Below the pieces are notes generated by a model. It searched no databases and was not told where the DNA came from. It saw only the letters and a program-made list of their open reading frames with translations. 64,000 nucleotides of DNA from a virus. Both the position numbers and the translations under genes were made by a program. Positions 40,502-51,442 of the stretch are shown one piece after another; within the stretch, counting starts at the first letter, position 1; the number at the start of each line of letters is the position of its first letter. Location of the stretch: the IMG/VR virus record IMGVR_UViG_3300022225_001767; one strand, written 5' to 3'.

Positions 40502-40926
40502 TAGAGACCACTTCTCGATGCATTGCGTGCATCACCAGCGCCGCATTTCGCGCCACCGGCATCACTGAAGATGATGCCAATAACGGCAAACTTATGTTTT
40601 TTTCGCCAAGCGGTAGCAGCATTCTCATGCAGTATGAGAATCTGATTTACCAATTAGTCATTCTCAGCGATGAATCTGACCATGATTGGCTGAACCCGAG
40701 TATCCTGCGGGTAAGAAACTTCAATCTTGGCGGAGAGCCCTCTGATGAGGCCAAAAAGGAGATTACCGCAATCTGGCAGAAAGGGCTTGACGCTTGGATT
40801 AGAGAGGTAGCTGACAAAGACAATGACGCGTATCTTCCAACACCACTACGCAACCGTTTGTCGACACTAATGAAAGAAGAAATTGCCGCGCTAAAAAAGC
40901 AAAATCGTCACCACGCAAGCGCATAG
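40498..40926 (+). CDS. Hypothetical protein
   Basis: ATGA coupling. Confidence 0.75.
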   Translation: MIETTSRCIACITSAAFRATGITEDDANNGKLMFFSPSGSSILMQYENLIYQLVILSDESDHDWLNPSILRVRNFNLGGEPSDEAKKEITAIWQKGLDAWIREVADKDNDAYLPTPLRNRLSTLMKEEIAALKKQNRHHASA

Positions 40927-40995
40927 CATACCTTTCACTCATTCACATTGCGCCCATTGCTTGACGCGTGGGCACAACCGCACTGGAGCATCATT

Positions 40996-41289
40996 ATGCA
41001 ACTTTTTGGCATCCACACAACAGAATTTGAAAACAATGACTTTATGCTACTTAATTATGCAGCGTTATGCACGACACAACGTGACATTGTTTTTATTACC
41101 AGTAACGAAATAGACGCTCAAGAGCCTACTGGTGATATTGTAGGTGAATCTGTTGATGTTGAGTTCAATAATCAGTGTTTTTCGTTCGAGTGTGACCAAG
41201 GTTCGCTCACACAGCAAGGGCAAGCTGACTTTGACAATTTTCTCAACAGCACGCTATTTCCTGCTATCAAAAATGGAGCCCCCCTCTAA
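40996..41289 (+). CDS. Acidic hypothetical protein
   Basis: GGAG RBS. Confidence 0.7.
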   Translation: MQLFGIHTTEFENNDFMLLNYAALCTTQRDIVFITSNEIDAQEPTGDIVGESVDVEFNNQCFSFECDQGSLTQQGQADFDNFLNSTLFPAIKNGAPL

Positions 41290-41573
41290 TGGCTCGCTCA
41301 CAGGAAGCGCGCACCATCGACTTGTTGGCCCATAGAGCACTTGTTCGCAAAAATATGGGGCGTGATGGCAAGGCCATGATGTTGGAGGATGGCTCTCTGC
41401 GGCCGCACTCGATAGTCATGAACACCTCTAACATTCATGTTAAAGTGGCTATTGCCGATCCAAAGTCGCACACTGTACGCATCTCAGATATTGATTTGGT
41501 TACGGGGATGTCTAACTATCACCTTGAAAAGACCTTTTTCAACATGGCTCTGTTTGATGAGGTTGAAGCATAG
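41289..41573 (+). CDS. Hypothetical protein
   Basis: TAATG coupling. Confidence 0.7.
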   Translation: MARSQEARTIDLLAHRALVRKNMGRDGKAMMLEDGSLRPHSIVMNTSNIHVKVAIADPKSHTVRISDIDLVTGMSNYHLEKTFFNMALFDEVEA

Positions 41574-41797
41574 TGGGATTTTCTGTTGCCAAGGAGTATC
41601 ACTGGTGCGTGATTGCACTCATCTTCGGCGCATTCAGCCTGCTGTTACTGCTTATATGCGCAGTCATCGGCGTTGACAGGAGCGCGGTGGAGCCCAGTGC
41701 ATTCTATGCCATCATAGGCGCCGGAGCCATCAACTTGATGTGCCTTTGTTTCCTCTGGTTAAGGTATGTAGACAAACTCAAATACATTGACGACTGA
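41573..41797 (+). CDS. Small two-TM protein
   Basis: TAGTG coupling; hydrophobic. Confidence 0.65.
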   Translation: MGFSVAKEYHWCVIALIFGAFSLLLLLICAVIGVDRSAVEPSAFYAIIGAGAINLMCLCFLWLRYVDKLKYIDD

Positions 41798-41906
41798 TAC
41801 CGCATTGATGTGCTTTGTTGCCTTGTGAACAAAACAAGAAAAAGTGTTGACATAACTCACAGGCTTTGAGATACTAATCCTGTCAACATAACACGAGGAT
41901 ACACCA

Positions 41907-42170
41907 ATGCAAACCACTCAGTCTTACCTGCTTTTCCCGGTTAAGCCCAGCTACCCTATTGACGAGGACGGCACAGAAGGCACCTTGGAAGAACACTTGG
42001 CATATGTCGATAATGGCGGTACACCAGACATGTGGGACAGCGTAGAAACTGAGAACATCATGGATGTATTCAAACAAGTTCGCTACTCAGGCCTTCACCT
42101 TATCATCGTACGCAACGATGGTGATCCTGAAGTTGTCGGGGAATTTGACCCGTCAGAATATTCAGATTAA
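41907..42170 (+). CDS. Acidic hypothetical protein
   Basis: After repeat 41847. Confidence 0.8.
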   Translation: MQTTQSYLLFPVKPSYPIDEDGTEGTLEEHLAYVDNGGTPDMWDSVETENIMDVFKQVRYSGLHLIIVRNDGDPEVVGEFDPSEYSD

Positions 42171-42222
42171 CGTTATTAACCACGGCTGCAATAGCGGCCG
42201 TGGGAGCTACCAGTGAGGCAAC

Positions 42223-42447
42223 ATGAAACCGACTCTTATTGCACTGTGCATTTTGCTACTTTGCGCGATAACCGCGTCATCGGGCTGCACGCTTCAACGC
42301 CAGGTCGTGGCGAGCGCCTCTCTTGCCGATGAAGCAACAATGGATCACGTTACTGCGGCATTCCTTCGCGACACAGCCACGGTGACATTGACGACCCCTC
42401 AGGGGCGTGTCATACGCACATCACGTGCGAGGCAGTACTACTTTTAA
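42223..42447 (+). CDS. Small exported or lipoprotein-like protein
   Basis: GAGG RBS; hydrophobic N-terminus, SSGC. Confidence 0.65.
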   Translation: MKPTLIALCILLLCAITASSGCTLQRQVVASASLADEATMDHVTAAFLRDTATVTLTTPQGRVIRTSRARQYYF

Positions 42448-42448
42448 A

Positions 42449-42504
42449 CCTTGGTGATGTGCTGACACGCTCACCACCAGCCCGCCACTGGCGGGCTTTC
42501 TTTT
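42449..42504 (+). ncRNA. Hairpin plus terminator module, copy 2
   Basis: CCTTGGTGATGTGCTGACACGCTCACC..GCCCGCCACTGGCGGGC-TTTCTTTT. Confidence 0.55.
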
Positions 42505-42585
42505 GGCTGTTGAGTCGCGCCACCATTGACAACCTTCACAGATTCACGTTACAGTTTTATACAGACAATAACAAGGGATGCTCGC

Positions 42586-43137
42586 ATGAGTACAGCAACA
42601 CCTGAAACACCAACGCACTTTCAAATAGGCATGAACACATTCACCGCAGAAATCGTTGCTGCGGCAATCACTGTCCCCTTAAAAATGCTCAATTTTTCAC
42701 GATTCGATAATGCTCATGATGCGCTCGACGAAGTGAAAAAAATCACTACTGAGCGCCTCCCTGATCAAACCGCGTTAACCACATACTGTGGCAGTGAACT
42801 GGTGGCCAAACTCAATGAAGACACACCTGTCGCCATTTACGAGGTGTATCGTTCGCTCTCCCCTCTGGCACCCAAGGCTGACGCTTTGACGCTAAAAGCG
42901 ACGGAAGGGAAAGGTATCTTTTTGTGTTGCTTGCCGTCTTACGGGGCCAGAACACTGGTCAATTTATTTGTTGCCACTTACATTGACACGATCATCGATG
43001 AAGTGAAGCGCTTCGACACAGACGGGCATGTTAGTAACGTGCTTAAGAACGAGCCGCGTCGTTTTCCTTTGACACTTTCTGCCATCTTAATGGCAAGTCT
43101 TGGACGCACTGCCTACGATTTGTCACTCGCGGCTTAA
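42586..43137 (+). CDS. Hypothetical protein, paralog family with 49301 and 56623
   Basis: FSRFD..AL..T.ERL; YGARTLVNLFVATYIDT. Confidence 0.85.
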   Translation: MSTATPETPTHFQIGMNTFTAEIVAAAITVPLKMLNFSRFDNAHDALDEVKKITTERLPDQTALTTYCGSELVAKLNEDTPVAIYEVYRSLSPLAPKADALTLKATEGKGIFLCCLPSYGARTLVNLFVATYIDTIIDEVKRFDTDGHVSNVLKNEPRRFPLTLSAILMASLGRTAYDLSLAA

Positions 43138-43162
43138 AAGCATAGACAACAAGGATAATGTG

Positions 43163-44416
43163 ATGAGAATTAAATCGATAAATGAAGGAAAGGCGCTGCT
43201 TTTGCTTGAACGACACAAACACTGCGACCAGACCATGCACGCACTTTCCCGCGCATTATATGTTGGCATAAGAAACAGCCTCATCACACTGCTAGGCGCG
43301 CTGCTTCTATTGGTTGCGCTCTCAGATATAAAAGCGACAACATTAATGTTTCTCGCTTTCATAGGTGCCATAGCGCCTCTTTTCTACATCGCTGTGCACG
43401 CGTTCTTTGAGCGACGTGACGCTATCCGTCGAGGTGATCACAATGGCATCCTTAAACTTGCCCTGCGCCTGCCCGAACAAACCAGTAAAATTATCCCTTA
43501 TGGGCTGCCTTTTGGATTGAGCGTAATTTTTTACGAAGCGTACTCCACCCTCACTACGGGCACGTTCGCATCCTCCATGCTGCTAGGCACATGCCTTATT
43601 GTGACGGTCTATAGCGCGACGCTTTTCTTATTCAATAGCGCTAAACCTGCGCATGAGGCGAGAAATAAAAAGAGCGCGATGGATGTCGCACTCAGTGAAT
43701 TTGAAACATCAGATAGCGGCAAGCAGACCGCAGTGCTTAAGCGTTTTGGATTTTATCTTTCCAGCAGCCATAACAAATTTGGCAGCCTTCTCACCTCAAA
43801 AGAAGAGCAATCAGCTGTTATTGAGGCCGGTAAAGGTGTGATTAAAAGCCACAGTCAGGCCCGGGACGCTATTTACCTTCAAAACGGTTTAATGACTTGT
43901 CTTATCACAGTGGCCACGGTCATTTTTATGTACATTGCTCATCATGGATTAGTCACGCTAACTGACTCGCAAGCAGCTTCATACCCACTCTCACTAATGA
44001 TGGGGTTGTTCGGACTTTACGTCGGGCGTCACATTGGACTTAGCTTGTCTGTCAACCCAACGCTTGACTTCACTACGACCAATGAACAAGATGCTTATGA
44101 CCATACGGGACCACGAGCAAGTGACTTGATACGTTCACGGGCATTTTCGGTCACCTCTCCCCTTATTCCTGTTGTCATGATGGCACTTGCTCTAGCCCCT
44201 TCGACGCTATTTTCGTCGGCAACGGCCGAGGTTGCGTTCCAGCTTGCATTGATCACGTTCTTGCCATTGCTTTTAAATGCTGCGGTGACTCGAATGTCAC
44301 TGAGCATCATTGCCAGCACGGAACGTGATATTGATGCGCTAAGGCGTGATGTAGAGTATGCTAAGAAAAAATCCAACGTCTTGCAGTTCCATCGCAAGCA
44401 TAAAGCGAGCGCTTAA
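43163..44416 (+). CDS. Multi-pass membrane protein
   Basis: About 8 hydrophobic segments; AAGGA RBS. Confidence 0.8.
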   Translation: MRIKSINEGKALLLLERHKHCDQTMHALSRALYVGIRNSLITLLGALLLLVALSDIKATTLMFLAFIGAIAPLFYIAVHAFFERRDAIRRGDHNGILKLALRLPEQTSKIIPYGLPFGLSVIFYEAYSTLTTGTFASSMLLGTCLIVTVYSATLFLFNSAKPAHEARNKKSAMDVALSEFETSDSGKQTAVLKRFGFYLSSSHNKFGSLLTSKEEQSAVIEAGKGVIKSHSQARDAIYLQNGLMTCLITVATVIFMYIAHHGLVTLTDSQAASYPLSLMMGLFGLYVGRHIGLSLSVNPTLDFTTTNEQDAYDHTGPRASDLIRSRAFSVTSPLIPVVMMALALAPSTLFSSATAEVAFQLALITFLPLLLNAAVTRMSLSIIASTERDIDALRRDVEYAKKKSNVLQFHRKHKASA

Positions 44417-44472
44417 CATGGTAGGCAACCTGTGTTACAATGACAATGTCAACACAACACAGGTTATTCTCT

Positions 44473-44970
44473 ATGGATCCATGCTACATCGAACAAACCA
44501 AGATTGCTCACGGTCATGATCACAAAGGTCGTGACCTTACGATAGACAATTCGCAAACACCGGTTAAATGCGCGCGCTTCTTCTGTGTTTACCCGAAAGA
44601 GCAGAACGACCAAGGTAATATCGTCACTTACCAGTATTCAGAACAGACACCTCTTGGTATTCGCCATGTCACGCTGTCAGCAGACACGGTTAAGACGTGC
44701 TTTGTTAAGCATCGTCCTGTTGAGCACGGTGATACACTGAAGGCCAAGGTGGACACCAAAGGTTACATCAAGTGCGTCAACAGCGCCCCCCTAACCTTAG
44801 CGATAAAACAAGGTGAGGTTCTCACGTGCATCAACAGCAAGCTTAATACGTTCTGCAAGGTGGGTGAACCACATCGCATCTTCGGAATAAATCGCATGCT
44901 GATAGGAGACTATGCTCACACCATTGCCGATCCTGACGAGTTCCTTGTATTACCTTATATAGAGACGTAG
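44473..44970 (+). CDS. Hypothetical protein
   Basis: After variant repeat 44413. Confidence 0.75.
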   Translation: MDPCYIEQTKIAHGHDHKGRDLTIDNSQTPVKCARFFCVYPKEQNDQGNIVTYQYSEQTPLGIRHVTLSADTVKTCFVKHRPVEHGDTLKAKVDTKGYIKCVNSAPLTLAIKQGEVLTCINSKLNTFCKVGEPHRIFGINRMLIGDYAHTIADPDEFLVLPYIET

Positions 44971-45081
44971 GCCGCAGTTGCCACACCTCTTATCGGCTGC
45001 AAAAAAACACAAAAAACTGTTGACAACATACACAGGTTTTGGGATACTAATCCTGTCAGCACAACAACACAGGAAAACATC

Positions 45082-45480
45082 ATGAGCTTCATGCGTGAAC
45101 AAGCACTTAAAGCCCGTCGCCAAGTACTAAACCTCCACCTTAAAAAGTTGGATGCAGCCTTTCGCTCGCTTAAAAAAGACAAAGGTTTCGCGGCAGCACG
45201 TCTTACCAAAGATCACCACGACTCTGGCCAGGTGCGCTCTGAACTTGCTGAGGAAAAACTGGGCAAAGGGGCGCTAGATAGCGGTAACCTTTATGCGTTT
45301 TGTGGCATCATTAAGCGTGGGTGGACGACGCTACCAAATCAAACGTCTATCTTTTGGAATAGCACGGTTCCTAGCTCTCGCAAGATCATCGTCGACACGA
45401 TGCAAGACGCAGGGCTTGTTGTCACGAACCCTGACGCTCCTCACGAAGCGGTTGTGGTAAAGTTAAGTGATGCGGCATAG
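45082..45480 (+). CDS. Hypothetical protein
   Basis: After repeat 45020. Confidence 0.8.
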   Translation: MSFMREQALKARRQVLNLHLKKLDAAFRSLKKDKGFAAARLTKDHHDSGQVRSELAEEKLGKGALDSGNLYAFCGIIKRGWTTLPNQTSIFWNSTVPSSRKIIVDTMQDAGLVVTNPDAPHEAVVVKLSDAA

Positions 45481-45531
45481 CCGCATTCACTGCTCTTCAT
45501 TTTACTAACGCAACACTATAGGCAAAAAACA

Positions 45532-45834
45532 ATGAGTACTCCTACAGAAGCCATCGAAAATGCAACATTTGATTGCGCTGAACCCGTCATGAATGCGCTA
45601 CCTGATAGCGTTAATCACGCTAACCCCAATGGGGCACGCGCGAAGCAGGGATGGCGCGCCCTTCATGGCTACGCAAAACACATTTACGGAAGCAGTGGAG
45701 GCGAACCTGTCGAGCAGGGAGTACGCGACTTGCTATCTGATCTCCAGCACACATGCGAACATCTTAACATCGATTTCATGGAAGCGCTGGAGCGTGCTAG
45801 TTCCGTCTTCAATAGTGAGAAAGAACATCCATAA
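45532..45834 (+). CDS. Hypothetical protein (DLLSDLQH helical motif)
   Basis: ORF in the gene run. Confidence 0.75.
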   Translation: MSTPTEAIENATFDCAEPVMNALPDSVNHANPNGARAKQGWRALHGYAKHIYGSSGGEPVEQGVRDLLSDLQHTCEHLNIDFMEALERASSVFNSEKEHP

Positions 45835-45910
45835 ATGTCTCTTTTTTATTGACAACACTCTCAGCTTTTGAGATACTAACCCTGTCAACACAACGGTCTC
45901 GGAGAGCACT

Positions 45911-46429
45911 ATGAAAACATTGTTTGTCCCACTTGAGTTAATTACGCCAAATAGCGCGCAAATTGCTGGGCAAAGCATCAAAGCAACCGTATGCCAGAGC
46001 AAAATGTTTTCTTCCGATAGCATGCTTTCGCCTAACGTTAACTTAAAAGGCTACGATGCTCTCTCGCTACTTGGCGCTATCCTTGGTGATACTGGGGGCA
46101 ATACATCACCTGACGCTATCCCTGATGGTCGTGCTATTTTCGATGTAACGTTCTCGGCCTTTTACATCAACGACCTTAACGAACCCGAATACATTGATAT
46201 ATGTGTACAACGACAATGCCTCCCAAAGGACGCGCAGATCACTGAACGTGATACCACCATCATTGACGCGGTATTTTATGCCAAAATGGATGTGGTTGGC
46301 GATGTCAATTGCCCACTTGACGAGGATATTGTCAACGAGGCTCTCGCAGAATATAAGGAAGAACACCTGTCTGCGGCTCTTGGCGCGGTCGGCTGGCGTG
46401 TTAGCATTACACCCAAAGCCCTCAAGTAA
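45911..46429 (+). CDS. Hypothetical protein
   Basis: After repeat 45849. Confidence 0.8.
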   Translation: MKTLFVPLELITPNSAQIAGQSIKATVCQSKMFSSDSMLSPNVNLKGYDALSLLGAILGDTGGNTSPDAIPDGRAIFDVTFSAFYINDLNEPEYIDICVQRQCLPKDAQITERDTTIIDAVFYAKMDVVGDVNCPLDEDIVNEALAEYKEEHLSAALGAVGWRVSITPKALK

Positions 46430-46492
46430 CACGGTTTATATTTTTAGGTGAAGCCGTTTCGCTTCACCTCAACTCAACACCAAGGCGTCATT

Positions 46493-47140
46493 ATGAACTC
46501 TACAACCCTTTTAGCTTCACTTCGCATTGATGAAGAGCAAACGTTACTGACCCCTCAGCAACAGCTTGCACTCATTAAACGCACCACTGCACTGGCACAA
46601 AAAACGCCATCTCGTCTTACGCCAGATACTAATAAGGCATGGCAATTAGGCCGCTACTGGCTACCCCTTATCTCAAAACAAGCGACTCACGGCCATAAGC
46701 CTTCTCTCTCGGCACTACTTGAGATCGATAACATCATTGGGAGTCCAGACAGTGACACATGGTCTGATACTCTTCTAGGTTGGCTTTCTGACGCAGGGCT
46801 TGACGGTATCAGCAAGGCGGAGGTGGCTGCAATTGACGATATGAACGACACCGCAGAAAATGAAAAAATTGAGCAAGCTATCGCCACGGCCTCACCGTTA
46901 GCGCGCTATATCTGGGCAGACATTAATCCCAATGCAATAATGACCTATGCATATCAAGCATGTTCAAAGACGATGCTCCAGCGCTTATGGGTGCTCGACA
47001 GTACGGTCATTGATATCATGGTCGACAATGATGATTTCAGTTTAGCCAGCCTAACCGCTGCTGAACGTGCCTTAATGATGGCACTTTCCGATAGTCAACA
47101 CGACATTATTAAAGCGCTGGCCAGCCAGGCATCTAATTAG
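46493..47140 (+). CDS. Hypothetical protein, paralog of the 27461 C-terminal domain
   Basis: KPSL.A...I.N.I; SPL.RY.W.D.NP. Confidence 0.85.
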   Translation: MNSTTLLASLRIDEEQTLLTPQQQLALIKRTTALAQKTPSRLTPDTNKAWQLGRYWLPLISKQATHGHKPSLSALLEIDNIIGSPDSDTWSDTLLGWLSDAGLDGISKAEVAAIDDMNDTAENEKIEQAIATASPLARYIWADINPNAIMTYAYQACSKTMLQRLWVLDSTVIDIMVDNDDFSLASLTAAERALMMALSDSQHDIIKALASQASN

Positions 47141-47251
47141 ATTTTTATTACCCATAAAACCAAGGTTGTTTGCAACCTTGGTTGTTTTTTTATTGACAAT
47201 TAACACAGATTTTGAGATACTAACCCTGTCAGCACAACAGAGGTTACTCGC

Positions 47252-47590
47252 ATGAATACCACCTACGCTAAACGCGTTCTTACGCCCAAGTCAGACATTG
47301 TCGCCATCTACATTGGTTTTATCGGTGATACGCTTTATCTTTTTGAGTGCAACACCAAAAATCAAACGGTGCGTCAGTTTAAACTTAGCCTAAAAGACCG
47401 CACCATCCCTGATGAGCATCTTGCTAAAGCCATTGCCGATAAAGGATTGGCATTCAATCAAGTCAAGGTTTACTCTCACCCTGATTACATTGAGTATTTC
47501 AAGCGCGGGGCAGCAGGTACAAAGTCGATTAAACAAGACTTTTGGGTACGCACTACCGCAAGAAACCCCAACATGAAACGTGTCGCATAA
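47252..47590 (+). CDS. Hypothetical protein
   Basis: After repeat 47193. Confidence 0.8.
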   Translation: MNTTYAKRVLTPKSDIVAIYIGFIGDTLYLFECNTKNQTVRQFKLSLKDRTIPDEHLAKAIADKGLAFNQVKVYSHPDYIEYFKRGAAGTKSIKQDFWVRTTARNPNMKRVA

Positions 47591-47673
47591 CGGCACGTTC
47601 TTCATCTTTTTTGTTGACAATCAACACAGATTTTGAGATACTGATCCTGTCAGCACAACACAGGTAAAAAACG

Positions 47674-48288
47674 ATGAACACACCTCTTTCAGATACCGCA
47701 AAACAATACGCATTCATGGCACTAATGTTTCGCCAGCGTTTACTTCCTCGCTGGAATCGCATGTACCTTATCGAAAACGAAAATGTACTAGAGCATACTG
47801 CCGAAGTCACGATCACAGCACTGCTTTTAGGGTTAATCTCTAAGCATGAGTTTGGCAAAACCATCGACATAGGCAAGCTTCTATCTTACGCTATCCTGCA
47901 TGACGGTGAAGAAACGCTAACCACGGATTTGCCTTCCCCTATCAAACGCTCTTCACCTGAGTTCTACGATATGTGGAAAGCCCTTGAAGTTGAAAACGAA
48001 AAACTGCTTTTCAGCAAACTTCCTGATTACATGCGCAGCGAAATCGAAGCCATTTGCCATGACAAGTCTTATGAGACTGAATTGGTAAAAGCCGCAGATA
48101 TTTATGTCGCGCATAACAAAGCATCACGCGAGTTTGCGATGGGTAACGTACTAGAGTTCAAAGTTGCCGTTAAAAAATGCGAAGCGGCTTACCTTGAATA
48201 CGCAGAAAAATACCCTGAGTTAGCGCGCCTACATGAATACTTTGGCGGCTGCATGCACATGAGCCTTGATGAACTTATCGAGGCATAA
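47674..48288 (+). CDS. HD-domain 5'-deoxynucleotidase (YfbR-like)
   Basis: LPRW...ENVLEH...ILHD.EE..TDLPSPIK...VKAAD. Confidence 0.85.
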   Translation: MNTPLSDTAKQYAFMALMFRQRLLPRWNRMYLIENENVLEHTAEVTITALLLGLISKHEFGKTIDIGKLLSYAILHDGEETLTTDLPSPIKRSSPEFYDMWKALEVENEKLLFSKLPDYMRSEIEAICHDKSYETELVKAADIYVAHNKASREFAMGNVLEFKVAVKKCEAAYLEYAEKYPELARLHEYFGGCMHMSLDELIEA

Positions 48289-48365
48289 AAAACGGGGGCA
48301 ACGCCCGCCCCCACATTCACAAAAAATCACTCACAACAAGTCTCACTAAAAGTGAAAATAGACTT

Positions 48366-48890
48366 ATGAAAACACGCATCACACGCACACTAATGAGCGC
48401 AGCCTTAGCCATGAGCGCTTTATCTGTTAGTCATACCGCACTGGCAGAAGGCGAAACGATAAAAGGCATCGTGCCTATTGAACAAGCCAAAAACGCTAAT
48501 GTGAAAACATGCCTTAAAGCCGTTACAGATATTTCTAACTTTCTTATCGGTGATGGTGAGCATGGCGCGCATGGCACTTGGGCAACAGATTCACAAGATT
48601 CACATTATACTGCCGTCATTGAGCGCGCGTATAGTGACGGCTCAATGACCATGAATATTGTTGCCGCCCCCACCGCAGACGGCAAATGTGTCGCCCAGTA
48701 TACCAAACATATCATTTTTGAAGAAAACTGCATGAGTGCGCTAAAAACCTTTGATGGCATCGAAATAAAAGGCTCACTGGCGCAAAATGTGACATACATC
48801 AAGCACAATTTAGTTGATATGTATATGAATCCTATTGGCAAAAAAAATGAGTATTGCCATGTGGTCAGAAAAGAAGTGATGACATTCTAA
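48366..48890 (+). CDS. Exported Cys-containing protein
   Basis: Signal peptide ending ALA; 4 Cys. Confidence 0.8.
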   Translation: MKTRITRTLMSAALAMSALSVSHTALAEGETIKGIVPIEQAKNANVKTCLKAVTDISNFLIGDGEHGAHGTWATDSQDSHYTAVIERAYSDGSMTMNIVAAPTADGKCVAQYTKHIIFEENCMSALKTFDGIEIKGSLAQNVTYIKHNLVDMYMNPIGKKNEYCHVVRKEVMTF

Positions 48891-48955
48891 GTATTGAACT
48901 CACATTGCCGAAAGCGCCTTGTGGCGCTTTTGCATCACGTTTACAGGAATCTAAC

Positions 48956-49180
48956 ATGCCTTCAAACGCAAAAAATCTGTTAAGTGAGTGGAGTGCTCAC
49001 AAAGCAAGCCAACTTATACCTTGGCGGTATAACCTTCGTTCAGAAACCCTTTATGCCAACCTAGACAACAAAAAGGTTAAAATGAACAGAAAGATCCGCA
49101 GTATATTCCCCAGAGGGAAGCGGTTTGATCGCATCGCTAAAGATTGTGTTGCTGTACCTAAAGATCTTCAGGACGAGTGA
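48956..49180 (+). CDS. Small basic protein
   Basis: AGGA RBS. Confidence 0.65.
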   Translation: MPSNAKNLLSEWSAHKASQLIPWRYNLRSETLYANLDNKKVKMNRKIRSIFPRGKRFDRIAKDCVAVPKDLQDE

Positions 49181-49300
49181 TGAAAATAACATAGCGCAGT
49201 AGTTAGCCACATAAAAAGGCGCTTTCTCTACTTTCCTGTTGACAACACTCTCAGGTTTTGAGATGCTAACCCCTGTCAGCACAACAACAGGAACACCACG

Positions 49301-49855
49301 ATGAAAATCACATCCGCTTTTTTACCAAGCTACGCATTCTCAGTCGACATTTCACAGACGGTACTTTCCTGTATTGCCGATACCATAACCGCACCATTCG
49401 ATAACGAAGACTTTTCATCGTTTGCTTCGCTTGATGATGCGCTTAACCACATTGTCACACAAACACAGCAACGCCTTGCCACAGAGCAAGATAAGGTGCT
49501 AAGTCAGGCAGAGTCAACATTTGACTCGCTTGTCGATACAACAATCAATCACTTCTATGACGGCTTTTCGCCGATTGCGCTTTACGCCGACCGCATTACC
49601 CTAAACCACAGCTACAATGTACCTATGCACCACTTGATGCTCTGTAGTGCATGTACGATGGTAAATACATTTGTTGCGCTTTACGTTGATGTGCTTATCA
49701 AAGAGGCCGTTCGCTTTGACGCCGCCGCTTGCACATTGAAAGGCAGCGTTAAGGGGGATTCTACCTTATTCCTCAAAAACCTTAACGACATACTTCAGCA
49801 ATCGATGGGTTACGTCGAATATGACATAAGCCGCCTTTCTCAACTAGGCCTGTAA
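49301..49855 (+). CDS. Hypothetical protein, paralog family with 42586 and 56623
   Basis: After repeat 49239; TMVNTFVALYVD. Confidence 0.85.
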   Translation: MKITSAFLPSYAFSVDISQTVLSCIADTITAPFDNEDFSSFASLDDALNHIVTQTQQRLATEQDKVLSQAESTFDSLVDTTINHFYDGFSPIALYADRITLNHSYNVPMHHLMLCSACTMVNTFVALYVDVLIKEAVRFDAAACTLKGSVKGDSTLFLKNLNDILQQSMGYVEYDISRLSQLGL

Positions 49856-49960
49856 TGCACAACACGCGCCCTTTCCGCGAGGGCGCGCCGCCAAAAAAAT
49901 TGACAACGCACTCAGTTTTTGAGATACTGTTCTTGTCAGCACAACAACAAGGGTTACATC

Positions 49961-50638
49961 ATGGGTTGGGAATTTTGCAGCTACACAACGGACATTGATA
50001 AGGTCAACGAACCTCAGCTTTTTGCGGGCAATGAAGTTGGGTTGCCTACGCGACTTAATAATACACTTTATATTGACGAGAACGATGCAGCCAACGCGCT
50101 TTGCGATGAACTCGACAAGCTAGGCTGCATGTACGCAACATATATTGACTTCGAGTCGAGCAGCACTCCCCTCAAGAACGCACGCGTAACCCGCGCCCAT
50201 GAGACATTTAAAAAACGCTCTGAGCGCCAGTGCGAAGTGACATTGGCAGCAATACAAAAGGCAGAAAACCTTAAAACGCGAACATGCCCTAAGTGCAACA
50301 AGCGCGTTTCTATGCAGCGCTATCACCGTAACTTTAGCTACTTTAGGTCGAGTGTTAGTCACTCGCCTTACCATTCGTCATTCGGGGGTAGCTGCCCTCA
50401 TTGTGGCGACGACACACTGCCGCTAACGCAAGCCCAACGCCAATCTATCGAGAAGGCAAGAGTAAGAGCCGCAGACGCTTATGACGTATGGCAGAACGAG
50501 AAAGAAAAGGCCGTTCGCGCCATGCATAAGGCGGGCAAGCTTGGTACTAAAGCCGTGGTGGTGGGTATGCTGCATGAGATTGATGCGCGCCCCTACAACG
50601 ATGAACACTTTGATGAAGATGAGTACGATGATTATTGA
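49961..50638 (+). CDS. Zn-ribbon protein with acidic tail
   Basis: After repeat 49900; CPKC...CPHC. Confidence 0.8.
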   Translation: MGWEFCSYTTDIDKVNEPQLFAGNEVGLPTRLNNTLYIDENDAANALCDELDKLGCMYATYIDFESSSTPLKNARVTRAHETFKKRSERQCEVTLAAIQKAENLKTRTCPKCNKRVSMQRYHRNFSYFRSSVSHSPYHSSFGGSCPHCGDDTLPLTQAQRQSIEKARVRAADAYDVWQNEKEKAVRAMHKAGKLGTKAVVVGMLHEIDARPYNDEHFDEDEYDDY

Positions 50639-50740
50639 TCATCGTACGTTTTTCTTACAGACAACCTAAACAACCTATTGACAAATAACACAGATTTTGC
50701 GATACTTACCCTGTCAGCACAACAACACAGGCAACGCATT

Positions 50741-51442
50741 ATGACCACCTATCATCAACTTGCATTCCATGCGGCTTTTCGCCCAGCAAAATACCACTCG
50801 AACCACGCTGATTTGTTGCGTGAGCGTGCCAGCGATTTTGTTAATCCTGCTGCACGCATTGCATTAACTTACCCTGCATTAACACGCGTGCTTGATCACG
50901 CGGCTAACGCCTTTTCTTCGACCTCTGTTGTTGATGTATTTAGTGATGCGAAACGTTCAGCACAACGCATTGACGGCCTCTTTCTCATGTTGGTGTGTGC
51001 GGAGCGTCTTAATTTAGAAAACCTCAATACGCAACCCCGATCACCTGTCAGTGAAGCGGACATCAAGCGGGCCGAGGCGTTACTTGATGACTTAGGTAAA
51101 CTTAGAAAAGCCATCGATATTGCCAACAAAGGTATTACAGCAGACCACCTCACCTACGTAACAGGTACGCCTTGCCCTGCACAAGCGACACCTGATGACG
51201 TAAAGCTTATGTGGGTGGTATTTATGTTTCACGATATGTGTGTGAATTATAGCAACGGCATGTCCACGATTGGGCTACTCGACCCCAATGCGCCACCAGA
51301 ATGTAAAGCCCTGCGAGAACGTACCGCCAAGGTGATGGAAGACGCTTTTTTTCATCTTGCTACCCACTACATCGCATTTTCAGAGGTTGCAGCGATACGC
51401 GGTTCGCAGTCTACTCACACGGCACCACCATTGGTACAGTAA
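50741..51442 (+). CDS. Hypothetical protein
   Basis: After repeat 50678. Confidence 0.8.
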   Translation: MTTYHQLAFHAAFRPAKYHSNHADLLRERASDFVNPAARIALTYPALTRVLDHAANAFSSTSVVDVFSDAKRSAQRIDGLFLMLVCAERLNLENLNTQPRSPVSEADIKRAEALLDDLGKLRKAIDIANKGITADHLTYVTGTPCPAQATPDDVKLMWVVFMFHDMCVNYSNGMSTIGLLDPNAPPECKALRERTAKVMEDAFFHLATHYIAFSEVAAIRGSQSTHTAPPLVQ

